63,601 nt of DNA, filler included, from Phoronis australis (GCA_002633005.1; 10 parts of 10 records of this genome joined end to end with filler, not necessarily neighbours in it); one strand, 5' to 3'. Positions 26,745-39,214 are shown, counted from the whole stretch's first letter. Numbers and translations: made by a program. The notes: generated from the letters alone by a model not told the origin.

Positions 26745-27859
26745 GAGTCCCGTTTAGACATCAACTTTTGGCCTGGCGCAACTGACACGGAGCAAACTGA
26801 CCCATGTCAAGTGGCCGTTTACACACACAACTCACTAACCGTGGCAAGACGGAAATTAAAGGCTGGAGAGACTGGATTGCACATGCGCAGGTTTACAAAT
26901 GACGAGAGTTGCAGAGACAAAGAACCCATACGTAGGTCATTGCACAGGCGCAGAAGAGATGATCCTTTCAGCCTTACTCCAGTTTCGCGTTTAGACTTAT
27001 AATTGACATGGCGCAAGATGTTCGGGCGCAAATTACTCTACCTCACAAACGGGTGGCAATAATTTGTCACCCAGGGCTTGGAATGACCAATGACAAAAAA
27101 AGCGCAAACTTTTACGGCCCAAACCATGCGCGCTACCCAGCCTTGAAATGGTCGATGTGAACCTTTCCCCACAAAAATCGGGACTAAAAAAAAAAAAAAA
27201 CGTTACCACCATTAGTAGCATGCGTCTGCGTCCTTTTACGTCGCCCGTCCACTCCCAACCCACACATTTTTGGCAGCAGAGCCGTAGTATTTGTCGCCGC
27301 GGTTTACAATAACACGAGACGCCATTGAAAATCCCACCACGCTATCCCAGATGCCCCGGCAATGTTGACAATTTACGTTCCTCCGAAACATAAAGAGCAA
27401 CTTCCGCTTTTTGAGGTGAACGTCGTCTGCNTCCACTCCCAACCCACACATTTTTGGCAGCAGAGCCGTAGTATTTGTCGCCGCGGTTTACAATAACACG
27501 AGACGCCATTGAAAATCCCACCACGCTATCCCAGATGCCCCGGCAATGTTGACAATTTACGTTCCTCCGAAACATAAAGAGCAACTTCCGCTTTTTGAGG
27601 TGAACGTCGTCTGCAACGCCGCAGTAAGAAAGGAATTTGCCCCGGAAATTTTAGATCAAACCCAATTTTTTTTAAGCGGAAATATAATAAAATGCGCGGA
27701 CAGAACATTTGAAAAAAGCGGACATCCGCGCTTCCGCGGAAAATTCCAAGCCCTGGTCACCGCGATGTCAATTTGCGCCGTGTCAGTCCGTTTACCCACT
27801 GGAACAACTTGTTCCGTGTCAGCTGATCCGTGTCAACTTTGTAAGTGTAAACGGCACTC
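26745..27859. mobile_element. Putative PIF/Harbinger-like MITE hosting the 27072 insertion
   Basis: Imperfect TIR GAGTCCCGTTTAGACA / TGTAAACGGCACTC, with internal inverted CTGACACGGA / TCCGTGTCAG. Confidence 0.45.
27072..27755 (-). mobile_element. MITE with 13-bp TIR CAGGGCTTGGAAT and 6-bp TSD GTCACC
   Basis: GTCACC at 27066-27071 and 27756-27761; homologous in opposite orientation to 32255-32747; contains an N-flanked 183-bp duplication. Confidence 0.9.
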
Positions 27860-29750
27860 TACACTCACTACTTTAATTAGACCCCTAATACTCAAGCTAG
27901 CCCAATAGCAAGAAAAAACCCTCTGCCTGGTGGTCTGAAGTGTGCAAGGCCACATATCGAAACAAGCACAAAACCACAGTATTGGGTACTTAAGGCTACG
28001 TAGAAACTTATCAAACTGCCGGTGCATTTTCAATAGCCAAATATCTACAAAACTATAGACTATAACTCAGTAAAAGTACTTATTTTCTGAAAGTAGTAAG
28101 CCTGAAGAATTTGATTTTTAACTTTACCCTAATCTGCTATTAATTGGGTCATGTGACCATGCCTTTTCAGTAAAAATTTGCAAAAAAGAAAGGAACATCC
28201 ATAGCAAAACAACGGTATCAATAACATGAACAAATTTATTTTTATAAAAATGTTCAAGATGAAATCTCAGAAATGATGTTGCAGTTTTCTAAATCATCAT
28301 TCGGTTTTCGTTGTATGCAACTTTTGAGTTTGTTCGTGAAAATTATGCAAGTCCTACTTTTGGTAGCATGTCCTTCATTGCAAAAGTCAAAAATTTTAAC
28401 AATTCCAAGAAGCGTTTTGGGGAACAACGCATAAAGCATGGTACCTGAGTTTCATATGAATCCGATCAGCCATTTTTGAGATACGTTCCGAAATTTGTCA
28501 CATTTGGCCATTTTTCGAGGGTCCTACATAAACCTAAGGCAGTAACAGGGGGGAGTGGACTTGGTGAACCATGGGGGGTGAAACTGGTGGCGACCAAAGC
28601 ACAGGCACCTCAGGCATATTTCCCCACAGGTGAGAGAGGGACCTGGTTCCTCACTCAAATAAACGTACCCGGTGCAACACTGTTGTAATCTCGTGTCCCT
28701 TTTTGTACTTCATAGTCTATAGGAGCGTACTTCGGGATGTGGGAATTGAAAGTTAGCCAATCACAAGCAGACGCCAGGATCACCGAAACCATTCACATAT
28801 TCAGATAAGCCTCAGAGGCACCTAGGGTGTACCTGACAGGCCATTTATAATAAAACATGTAACAAAAAACCAATGGCAAACTTGAGACAATCCATTCAGA
28901 TGGTTTTATGAATGAAGGCTGTAAATAGTTAATACCTTCTGCTTTCAAGCCAACACATATATTTTGTTTGACAGCTTTGTTAACAACACCCAAATTCCAG
29001 CCTTAGAGAACCACCCAATAACTCAATTTTCTTTGCACTGAGCAATTCCCGGCAATTCCACACTGCTCATTCAGAGATCAATTTTTACAGCAAAATTTCC
29101 TCAATGCCCTTATTGTTAGAGACACCTGCAACGGAGCTCTTACAAAACTGCGATGTAGTCTTAACACCAAGAATAAACCGCCAACCGGGTACTCTGAATG
29201 CCAAAGCAGAGTACCTAACAGAAGAACAACGAAATCTTAGGAGTGTATGTTTGAAAGTGTACACTGAAACGTAGAACAAAACTGGGAAGAGTTTCACAAG
29301 TTTGAATGCGAATTGAAACATATGTCTGCAAGCAAAATTGAAAAAAACATGGGTATTTTGTTCCTTAGCTTGTACCAGCTTGTCATAAATTTGGCTGTAT
29401 CTCACTGAGAAGGATCCCTGCTTATAAACACTTCTGTTCTCAATTACAATTTTCAGTAACAAAATTCACTGACCAGTCACTTGTTAGCACATATCAGAAT
29501 TTCACGATATTCCCAAGTCAAGACAGAAATGATAGCGATAATGAACTTGGCATTACACCAGAAAAAGAAATCTAAGAATTTTAGCTTTTTTATTGCAAAA
29601 GGACAGGATAGGCATTATCTGGATGGCGATTGAAATGACTTGGTTGATTANNNNNNNNNNNNNNNNNNNNNNNNNNNNNNNNNNNNNNNNNNNNTTAATT
29701 AATTAANNNNNNNNNNNNNNNNNNNNNNNNNNNNNNNNNNNNNNNNNNNN

Positions 29751-30195
29751 TGCCACTAGGGGGCACACCGGTAGTCGGATCCGTCCGAAAGTTCGCACAT
29801 GCCGTCCCATTCATGAATGGAACATGTGTCAAATTTCATGAACGTATGTCAAAGGGTTTTGGAGATAGAGCAGCGGACGCCGGACGCCGGACGGACGGAC
29901 GGACAGAGATGACGGCATAATGCGTCCACATATAAATATGTGGGCGCATAAAAATCCATTGAGGACCTTAGAAGATACAGAGGTAAACCTAAAAACCTAA
30001 AATTGCTACTAGGGGACACAATGGTAGTCTGATCCGTCTGAAAGTTTGCTCATGCCGTCCCATACATGAAAGGAACACGTGCAAAATTTCATGAAAACAC
30101 GTCAAAGGTTTTGGAGATGGAGCAGCAGATGCCAGATGGATGGCCGGGATAATGGCATAATGCATCCGCATATAAATACGCAGGCGCATAAGGAA
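29751..30195 (+). mobile_element. Two tandem 3' parts of a Helentron-like non-autonomous (HINE/DINE-1-type) element; third copy 36666-37025
   Basis: (GGAC)n microsatellite, then hairpin ATGCGTCCACATAT-AA-ATATGTGGGCGCAT (29920-29949) and an A-run; repeated at ~30160-30189 and ~36994-37025. Confidence 0.65.
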
Positions 30196-32254
30196 TAACC
30201 AACAGAAAACTAAATTTATATTTAAGGAAAATCCCGATGCATGCAAACGTTCATGGCGTGTCGACCTTACAATCAGTTTTTCACATTCAAAACAGCCCAC
30301 AGAAATTCGATCAGGGAGTTTACTAAGCTCAAAATATGAACGGCAAATCGAGAAGACTCTGGTTTAGTCTCTAAAACAGCACACGGTGAAGCTTTGGTGT
30401 CGGAGGAGCTTCCAGTAAGTACAGTCTCGTATAGCGTTACTCTTCAGTGTAGGAGATTTTAGTGTGCACTGCTTGTAGTTGCCATGGATTGAAGTTTAAG
30501 ACTGCAATGAGTTATGGGTACCAAGACTGCACTGAGTTTGATTTGAGTGACAAAAAAACAAAATGTACACCATCTGTAATATGCAAGCTGATGAAATGTA
30601 GAAGCAATCAAATGAAGCTAACAGAATTTACCTAGGCATCAGAAGGGGACTTAAACCAGCATGTCGCACTGTTCAGCTGGCGAAGAAACAAAACTCACAT
30701 TTTGGCCTTTACTTTATCAAACCGGTCTCACAATATTCCTTACTGTGACAGGATTCCATTTCTGTTAGCAATTAGTACGGTTAGGGTAGCCCAACCCCAA
30801 TAGAAGCCTAAAGCATTTTCTGTAGTCTCTAATGGTTTTGATATTCTTTTTGGTAACAAGAATGCAATCCTATCACAGTAAATAACCTTGTTTGATCTTT
30901 GTTCTTAGCCAGCTAAACAGGTCGCAATGCAGCTTTAAGTAAGAAATGACAACTTAACTTGGGAGAGGGGTCTCATCTTAGCACTCGAAATCAAAGTTTT
31001 TGCCTTTTTTCAATTCTACTTATGCCCAAATTAAAGATAATTGTTGATTTTTCTGTGCTCAATGAAAACTGTTTATGTGGATAACTGACCAATCCTAGTT
31101 TGTAGTTAATAACCCCAGCATTACAGGTATATATTTGAGTTTGAACTCGAGACCTCGAGTTTTTACTAGGAATCTCAAGTGTGTTCAAGCTTGAAGCTCG
31201 ATTTTAGGGACAAAGCGTAGAATAACAGACATCTATCTTGAATTCACATAAAAGTAGACGGGAAATCGTCAAAAATAACATTGAGCTTAATTTCGAGTAC
31301 CTAGAGTGAACCCCAGGCCCAGGAAAGTACAGGCCAGAGGATCATCCAACATGTAGAGACACAACCCAGTTCATGCACCAATCACATGTAGCAAGCAGCT
31401 TTGCGCTGCATTGGTACAACGTCACAAACCATGGCCACAAGTTTCCCAAATGTTGCCAAACAGGTCAATAATGTCCTACATCTCCTTATATTATATATTA
31501 TGTACAATCTTCTTGCACAAGTCTCAGACGATGCATTATTATATAATATAAGGACGGACAGCTTGTTTTTCAGTTGATAGATGTCAATGCATGTAATGAA
31601 CAGAGATCTCAAAAATACTCTGTACTTTATTTTCACCTATTTATAACTCACGAAGGCTTACAGCAAACGAGAGGCATCACACCAATAGGAACAATTCGAA
31701 AATTTTAGCCTTCCATGCATTTGCATTTTTATTGGCAATTAATAAAAAACAAATTTCAATACTGTTCAATTGCCACAATCATGTTAATGATGCAACACCA
31801 GGAATTCAAAATCAAATTGAAAATTCCATATCAACTTAATTATTTTTGAAAAACATTTGATTATGTGCTGAAAGGGCATCATAAAAGTGAATTTCCCGAA
31901 GCTTTTAACTGACTAGAAGCTGAAAGATTAACAATAACTATTATACCGTTTCTAACACTGTTTAGATATTTACTGAACACTTCACATAAAGTTGAATTAA
32001 AATCCAAGATGCTAATAAAAACACCGAGATTTCAAATCAGCCAGTTTTACAACATAAAACCAACAGGTGAGTGAAAATAAACAGACATTTTCAATTCTTA
32101 AACAGAAACTACCATTCTTGGTTCACGGTGACATTTTTTTTAAAAATTTCTCGAGACCTGTGGAAGCAGACGCCAGGAAGGCAGGGCAAGTGGCTTCCAC
32201 GATTCAAACAGAGCGTTTGACTGTCCTTAATAGCTATTGAGCAGTGGTACACCA

Positions 32255-32747
32255 CAGGGCTTGGAATTTTCCGCGGAAACGCGGATTTCCGCTTTTTTTC
32301 AAATGTTCTTTCCGCGTATTTTATTATAATTCCGCGTAAAAAAAAATCGGATTTGATATAAAATTTCCGGGGCAAATGTCTTTCTTACCACCGCGTTGCG
32401 GACGACTTTCACCTCGAAAAGCGGAAGTTGCTCTTTATGTTTGTCAACATTGCCGGGGCACCTGGGATAGCATGGTGGATTTCCTCAATGGCGGCTCGTG
32501 TGATTGTAAACCGTGGTGACAAATACTACGACTCTGTAGCCAAAAAATGCTTAGAGGTGGGAGTGGCAGACGAGCTAAGACAGACGCAGACGCACGCTTC
32601 CGGAGGTGGCACGTTTTTTTTGTTTTTTTTAGTCCTCTCGATTTTGGTCGGCAAAAGGTCCACACCGACTTTTTCAAGGCTGGCTGTGCGCATGTTTCGG
32701 GCCGTAAAAATTTCCGCGTTTTTCGCCATTGGTCATTCCAAGCCCTG
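32255..32747 (+). mobile_element. MITE with 13-bp TIR CAGGGCTTGGAAT and 6-bp TSD ACACCA
   Basis: ACACCA at 32249-32254 and 32748-32753; 493 bp; same family as 27072. A further terminus lies at ~53881-53941. Confidence 0.9.
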
Positions 32748-33194
32748 ACACCAAAACACGGATGATTTGGGCAACATATCTACCAACTGCATAAAAATCA
32801 AATGCTCTCATTTAAGATGCATGCACGGTCTCTTGCATTGAAACTCAAGCCAAAGAGAACATAAAACAATTCCAGAATGCCGAGTAACTGTAGTTAGATC
32901 ATAGCAACAGCACAGATTAACTGAGTTATACACCAATATACATGCAAGTACAATGATTTACCTGAATTTCACAATCCATTAGGCTAGTTAGCCTGATGGT
33001 CTAATGCTCCTAGCAAAAACAAAATTATTTAGTTCACAGTAGAAGCAGACGACGCTCACGTGCGAGAGCCCCGTATAAATAAAAATACTCGGTGAACACA
33101 GCCGACACCAAAGTCTTCAAGATAAGCCAAGGTTTTCTTTTACTAACCAACTTTGTAGCTTTTGCATTTCAAGCTCTACATTAGATGATAGACA

Positions 33195-33560
33195 NNNNNN
33201 NNNNNNNNNNNNNNNNNNNNNNNNNNNNNNNNNNNNNNNNNNNNNNNNNNNNNNNNNNNNNNNNNNNNNNNNNNNNNNNNNNNNNNNNNNNNNNNNNNNN
33301 NNNNNNNNNNNNNNNNNNNNNNNNNNNNNNNNNNNNNNNNNNNNNNNNNNNNNNNNNNNNNNNNNNNNNNNNNNNNNNNNNNNNNNNNNNNNNNNNNNNN
33401 NNNNNNNNNNNNNNNNNNNNNNNNNNNNNNNNNNNNNNNNNNNNNNNNNNNNNNNNNNNNNNNNNNNNNNNNNNNNNNNNNNNNNNNNNNNNNNNNNNNN
33501 NNNNNNNNNNNNNNNNNNNNNNNNNNNNNNNNNNNNNNNNNNNNNNNNNNNNNNNNNNNN
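33195..33560. other. Sized scaffold gap (N run without linker)
   Basis: 366 consecutive N, no TTAATTAATTAA core. Confidence 0.95.
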
Positions 33561-33654
33561 GATACCTTACATTTACCCACAGCTAAAACAGTGCAGACCC
33601 TGCTTGAGGTTTGCTCTGATACAACTTATGCAGAACCACAAGCAATATACTCAC

Positions 33655-33744
33655 AGGTGCTGGCTTGTAATCAGGATCATTGTCGTCGTCATCGTCATCC
33701 TGGTCATCGCCCACGTCCCCGTCATCGCCTTCTTCTTCTTCATA
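33655..33744 (-). CDS. NAP1L1: Nucleosome assembly protein 1-like, acidic C-terminal exon
   Basis: YEEEEGDDGDVGDDQDDDDDNDPDYKPAP; TTTAG/GTGAGT. The final exon is not visible and may lie in the N gap. Confidence 0.88.
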
Positions 33745-34275
33745 CTAAATAAAGAAAAATACAAGGACCATGTAGTACTGAGAAACAATGGTGAACAGAG
33801 TCACAACTACGCAACAGGAAAATCATCACAAAGACTAGAAAAAGTTCTTGTTCTTATTCTTGTTGCTTTCTAAGGGTGCGGAACCCATAGTCACACGGCT
33901 AACACTTTCAGTCAGGCAAACAGGATTCATCAAAGCAAACACAAGCAGTGTCAACACATGTCAAGCGTATAGTTTGCAGCTATCTCCATAACACGCAATC
34001 AGGTCATTATGTTGAGACATTGTAGTAATTAATGCAATAACCCTTTGAAAAATGGAGAAATTATAGTTTTGGCAATAATTTTTGTCAAACTGACAAAATT
34101 GTTTAGTAGAGAGTTTATTCTTGGTATATCAAACCAAGCAGACTGCAAGAATTCAGCAAATCAATGGCAGGGTTTGATTTTTTGTCATGGTAAAAATCCC
34201 ACACATCTGACAATGTGAAACATAACGGAGTTTGGACTTGTTCAGCAATAACTGGACGGGAAGACTGTTATCTCG

Positions 34276-34375
34276 GGTGTTCCAGCTGACTTTTGCTCAG
34301 TTTATACTGGGTGTTCCAAACGACTTTTGCTCAGTTTATCTCGGGAGTTCCAGCCGACTTTTGCTCAGTTTTCCA
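34276..34375. repeat. ~34-bp minisatellite x3 in NAP1 intron
   Basis: GGG(T/A)GTTCCA...GACTTTTGCTCAGTTT repeated three times. Confidence 0.8.
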
Positions 34376-34459
34376 GTACTTCAATTCAGATATCTTATTT
34401 TCTCATATACAGACAACAACGTCTACATCCAATGTGCACATAGAACAAACTGCACTCAC

Positions 34460-34602
34460 CTCTTCGTCTTCTAATGCCTCTCCCGTGAAGTAAAGCACGG
34501 CCCGAGGCACAACACGTTCCCGGATAAAATGGCCGATCTCGTAATCAGCAGCTAACAGTTCCTCCGTTTCCTCATCCAACTCAAAGTCTTCACCCTCGGG
34601 AA
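34460..34602 (-). CDS. NAP1L1: Nucleosome assembly protein 1-like exon
   Basis: PEGEDFELDEETEELLAADYEIGHFIRERVVPRAVLYFTGEALEDEE, hallmark NAP1 motif; phases consistent. Confidence 0.96.
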
Positions 34603-35493
34603 CTGTTCAGTAAGACAACAAAGACAGTTAATTTGCTGGATCCGAGTTTGGTGAATAAGGTGGTTAAAATTGAAATAAAGACTGCTTTTTGTATGTTATA
34701 CATCGTAACAAATCGTGATTTTTGGTCTGGGTCAAAAAAATTCCAAAAGTTTCAGATCCTTGCATTTTCTAACAATAATCTTCCAACAAATTAAAAAATT
34801 TTCAAGATTACTCTAGACAATTAGACAATGCAAGGAGACACGGTTTTGGTGAATTTTTGTATACTTATTGATTAATGTCATTTGTTTCCATGAATTAATA
34901 CAAAAGAATCAGTTTAATTTAAATTCCAGTAATCTTATTCGTCAATCTCGGGTCCAGCAAATTTAAATGCTCAAAATACAGTTTTGTGTAAACTTCGGAC
35001 TTTTTAAAGAAGTACTAAGGCCAAAGAACTTCAAATTGAAAGTATAGCAACGCAGCAATACTAACCACTAGTGTTAAGTAAAAGTATAGGCACCGACCCA
35101 CAGTATTTATTAAATAGAAAAATTCAAAGTTGAACGAAAATACAAAAACAAATTGTCATTTACACGTCACGGTAGCAAACTGCTCATTTGAAGAATCACA
35201 AGTCTCAGTTTTGATGGTGCAGTGGCTACTACAATGCTGAATGTGATTTGGATTTTATATTTACTCAAGCTTCAAAACAATATGACTGTTCAGCATAACT
35301 TATCCTCAATCTAGATTGGCAACAAAGAGAATCCATGACGTTAAATCTTCACATTTTCTTGGTAACACTGCACGACACTCGAAGACCGAAAATCGACATG
35401 ACCGATACATCTCATGAGACAAGAAACCCCCTTTAACCATATGGTGAGTAGCCACTGCCCTACAAACAGCATTATGAGTACCTAGCCACTTAC

Positions 35494-35639
35494 GTTCAGG
35501 GGGGTTGAAGAAGTTGAAGAACGAGTCTTCCTGGACCTGTTTGGTTACGACACGTGTGGTGCCGCGGCCCTTGTGTTTCTGTTTCTTTTTAACCAACTTC
35601 ACCGTCACATTCATGTTCTTCATCCAGTCAATAGTACAC
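35494..35639 (-). CDS. NAP1L1: Nucleosome assembly protein 1-like exon
   Basis: CTIDWMKNMNVTVKLVKKKQKHKGRGTTRVVTKQVQEDSFFNFFNPPE (NLS hairpin and SFFNFF). Confidence 0.97.
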
Positions 35640-36455
35640 CTGCAGAGGACAGTGACTGTTGTTACAACAAATATGGTCTCGGTGTTTACAGCGATTCTCC
35701 ACTTTATTCGCACAAATGTGATTGCCAAACTTCGGTTTCCAAAGGCGTACTACAATGCCGAAAACAATGAAAACTTTGTCCAATGATGTTTTAGGACATC
35801 TACGCAGCACAAACATGCCAATAATAAGACCAAAATGTTCTTAATCTTCAAGTTTGGAGAGACATTTGAAAAACTAGAATTTCACCTTTCGATCATATTG
35901 GGTGCTACATATGTAAAGAATTGCCGTTCTGAAATTTCCACCTTTCTTGCCCTCTTAGTATCATTTTATAGTAGTAATTTTATAAAGTCACATTATTCAG
36001 TTACATAATCTCCACGCTGACAATACAGCTACGGGCATAATAGTGCAAACCAGTGATTTCCGAATTTCACATTAAGTTTTCGATTGTCTTTATTGCAGTT
36101 AATAAGAAACTCAAGTCACATTTTAGCAGAGGTAATGTACGCCCGATCATACCTAACACAGTCATCGACACATTTCTTATAAACGCCATGCTGCATTTGT
36201 TTACAGCAGTAAAACATGGCAACTAACTGGCAAATATTCTGGCTTTGACGACCACTTTCATGAGCCCGCTTGAAGAATAACGTGGAGATTAAAATCAAAG
36301 TTTCAACCATCTTAGCAAAGAATGGACTTGTTATCTTTGACAAAACATGCCCCCTGAATTTTACGAGGAGTCAACACACACCAACAGGGTCTACACACTG
36401 TACATCCACCGCACAGCGACCTCTGACCTCTCCTCACACAGACTCCCTCTCTTAC

Positions 36456-36550
36456 CCTTTACATCTGATGATCTCTGGTCCCTCAAATCCAAATGGATCC
36501 GACTCGTCAGGTTCGGAGCGCATGAAGTAGGTTTTTGTCAACACTGTATT
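36456..36550 (-). CDS. NAP1L1: Nucleosome assembly protein 1-like exon (5' truncated by contig end)
   Basis: NTVLTKTYFMRSEPDESDPFGFEGPEIIRCKG; GTAAG donor. Confidence 0.95.
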
Positions 36551-37161
36551 NNNNNNNNNNNNNNNNNNNNNNNNNNNNNNNNNNNNNNNNNNNNTTAATT
36601 AATTAANNNNNNNNNNNNNNNNNNNNNNNNNNNNNNNNNNNNNNNNNNNNAAAAAAAAAAAAAAACTGCCACTAGGAAGTGCCACAGTAGTCAAAATCAT
36701 CGGAAAATCATTGTCAACCGTCCTCTTCATAGTAAGCACATACATGCCAATTTTCACAATCATCCTTTGAGTGGTTTGGTTGATAGAGGGGTGGACGCAA
36801 AAAACAGACTCGAAAACAGTAAAAATGGCCACTAAGTGGCGCTAACTACAAAAATGGGAAGATAGCGTCATATCACTAATAGGTGCCTACATACCGAATT
36901 TCATGAAAATCCGTTCAGGACTTTTGAAGATACAAAGGTAAGCGCAAAAAACTAAAATTGCCACTAGGGGGTACACCAGTAGTCGACTAGCGGTGTCCAC
37001 ATATAAATATGTGGGCACATAAAAAGAGGAAATCCTCTTAAAGGAGGAAAATTCTGAACCCAGGTTGTGTAGCATGACGTACACTTTTATACATTTTTGC
37101 TTATAAACACCTGACAGTGTACCAACATTTTTGGATCGTGCTCCCCTCACTAATAACATAC

Positions 37162-37240
37162 TAGGAATGATTGTTCTGTATCTGTTCTTCATACCAGATC
37201 CAGGTACAAACACCTTGTCAGGGTGATTCATGGGGATTTC
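37162..37240 (-). CDS. PTPRR: KIM-family protein tyrosine phosphatase, start of PTP domain
   Basis: EIPMNHPDKVFVPGSGMKNRYRTIIP (KNRY motif 1); GTTGTAG/GTATGT. Confidence 0.92.
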
Positions 37241-37634
37241 CTACAACGACAGGAGTCAAAACAATGAATGGGAGCTAAATGTAACTTGGTTTTCAGACAA
37301 ACTATGGATGGTAAGAAATGCACGGCTCAGTGGGCTCATGGTAACATTCTCTGCAATTTATTAGTTACTCATTTCAGATTAGCTTACTCTACAAAATCTG
37401 TTGTCGTCTTTCTCTCACAACATTTTGATTAATTGATCAAACAGACCTAATTTGAAATAGTACAAGTACAGAAATGTAAATAAGGACATTTTGCAAAAGT
37501 CAGTGTGAACACTTCTGCACATATAAGAACATCTGAACGAGATACTCCTTACACTCACTTAGCAACTTCCCAGTTAAAGAGTTATCAAAACTTAGGCTGA
37601 AAAACCTTATACTAGACACAAATGAAACACTTAC

Positions 37635-37734
37635 CCAGAATTCTCTGTGCAATTTGCGTACATTGTCAAGGCAATGTCGCAGTTCCTTCCTTGTCATTCT
37701 GTTGCCAGCAGACATGAGAAATTCCTCAACCAAA
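37635..37734 (-). CDS. PTPRR: KIM-family PTP exon (pre-catalytic helices)
   Basis: LVEEFLMSAGNRMTRKELRHCLDNVRKLHREFW parallels the STEP/PTPRR EYLLSASR...LQAEFF segment. Confidence 0.88.
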
Positions 37735-37849
37735 CTAGAACAAATTATTATAGACACTTTCAACATGTAATACTTTGAAGGTCAAGGACATACATCCTGT
37801 TAATACTAATAACTCATGGCTTGCGACGGTTGTTTCAAAACTAACTGAC

Positions 37850-37933
37850 CTTTCTTTAGGTGGTGTACGTGCCGGCCCCATTTCTTCACGTGTAGGAGTC
37901 AGATCAATTGTTAAGGACTGGCTTGAACCTCGC
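37850..37933 (-). CDS. PTPRR: KIM-family PTP exon (second half of kinase-interaction motif)
   Basis: RGSSQSLTIDLTPTREEMGPARTPPKE joins the previous exon to give GLLERRGSSQSLTIDL (vertebrate GLQERRGSNVSLTLDM). Confidence 0.92.
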
Positions 37934-38410
37934 CTGAGGATAGAAAGTAGGCCATCATTTCAAAACAGGAACGCCATCTGAATTCATAGAGATGCCACAA
38001 CACGACATAGCATACTACTTAGCAAAAATCACTCACATAGTGCGAATCTTCTGCCAATGCATCGTACACGACAAACATAAACAGTGTTCTATTATAATTG
38101 TAAAGTGTCAGGCCCTTGGTCATGATTCTGCAACTGAAAACACCCTGAAAATCTAATTTAATGATCCTTAGCACAATTCTCACCTATCATGAACATCTTA
38201 TGAAAATTGCTTTATAACTACTTGAGTAAACATGCCAGTGAACACCTAAAACATTTTGATAAAAACACAACACTTCTGCCAATAGTTTAATTAGCTGTTA
38301 ATGTTTGTTTGTGATTTTTGATGCACAAAATACAGCAAAGACGAGTTTACTGGAATAGTCCACCCAACAGTTCAGTAGCCTCTCTACAGAAGGAGACATT
38401 AAACACGTAC

Positions 38411-38619
38411 CTCTCCAGGAGACCCAGGGCTCGTACTTTGGCTGGCTGAGCGAGCACAGGGACAGCGCCACCTTGGGGAACAAATGTGAGATCAGGTGAC
38501 TCAGGCTGCACCGGCTGAGATCGGGTGAGTCCTGGCTTGATTGCCGAGTGGATGCATACGTGTTGAATAGTACCATCATCATGTGAAGGTTTCTTGCTAG
38601 AACGTCGCCAACAGTAGAC
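38411..38619 (-). CDS. PTPRR: KIM-family PTP juxtamembrane exon
   Basis: VYCWRRSSKK...KVRALGLLER; TTGCAG/GTACGT; phase fits both neighbours. Confidence 0.88.
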
Positions 38620-39094
38620 CTGCAACAGTTCAGTTAGAATCAACGTTAAGACCTGTTAAAATAAATAATATAGGATAAGGATAGCCATTTTTCCGATATA
38701 GTAACATAATCTTGAGGTAATCTGCTATAAGGCCATAGATCAGCGTCACCTATAGTTCGCAAAAGACATGGCATAGACAAGGGCTTAAATCAATGGGATT
38801 TTACAATTTTTAGAATTCCTCATGACCATTATACTGTTGAATTACCACTGCTGTTTACTGGGATGTTAAAATAACGAGTGCAAAAATGCATTGTATTCAT
38901 AATATCTAGGGAGAATAGAAGCTGCTAATAGTCTTGATCATATGTAAGACAATTTTGTCCAAAGAGTTTGAGATTCAATCCAGCAACCGCCCAACTAAAA
39001 GGTTGTATGCCAGTTGATTGCTACTCTGGTGAAGGGAGGGTATGTACGGTAGTATGCATGCAGTTAATGTCATGTACTGAAGGTAAGTACTTAC

Positions 39095-39214
39095 AGCTAG
39101 TGCCAAGACCAGAGCTAGTACTACGGCAACACTGGAGCCAGCAATGACATAAGGGAAATACCACTGGTGGGTGAAAGGCACTGTGGGTTTATGCACGATT
39201 CTACTGGCAGACTT
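39095..39214 (-). CDS. PTPRR: KIM-family PTP transmembrane exon
   Basis: KSASRIVHKPTVPFTHQWYFPYVIAGSSVAVVLALVLALA hydrophobic helix; 120 bp, phase 0/0. Confidence 0.82.

Noticed and set aside
30600-33190. Final NAP1 exon with a CKQQ-type CAAX end
   Set aside because: Not found by eye; it may lie in the 33195-33560 gap. Exon-like bits near 30632-30676 cannot be assigned.
33176-33586. Long ORFs of X residues
   Set aside because: They run through the N gap.
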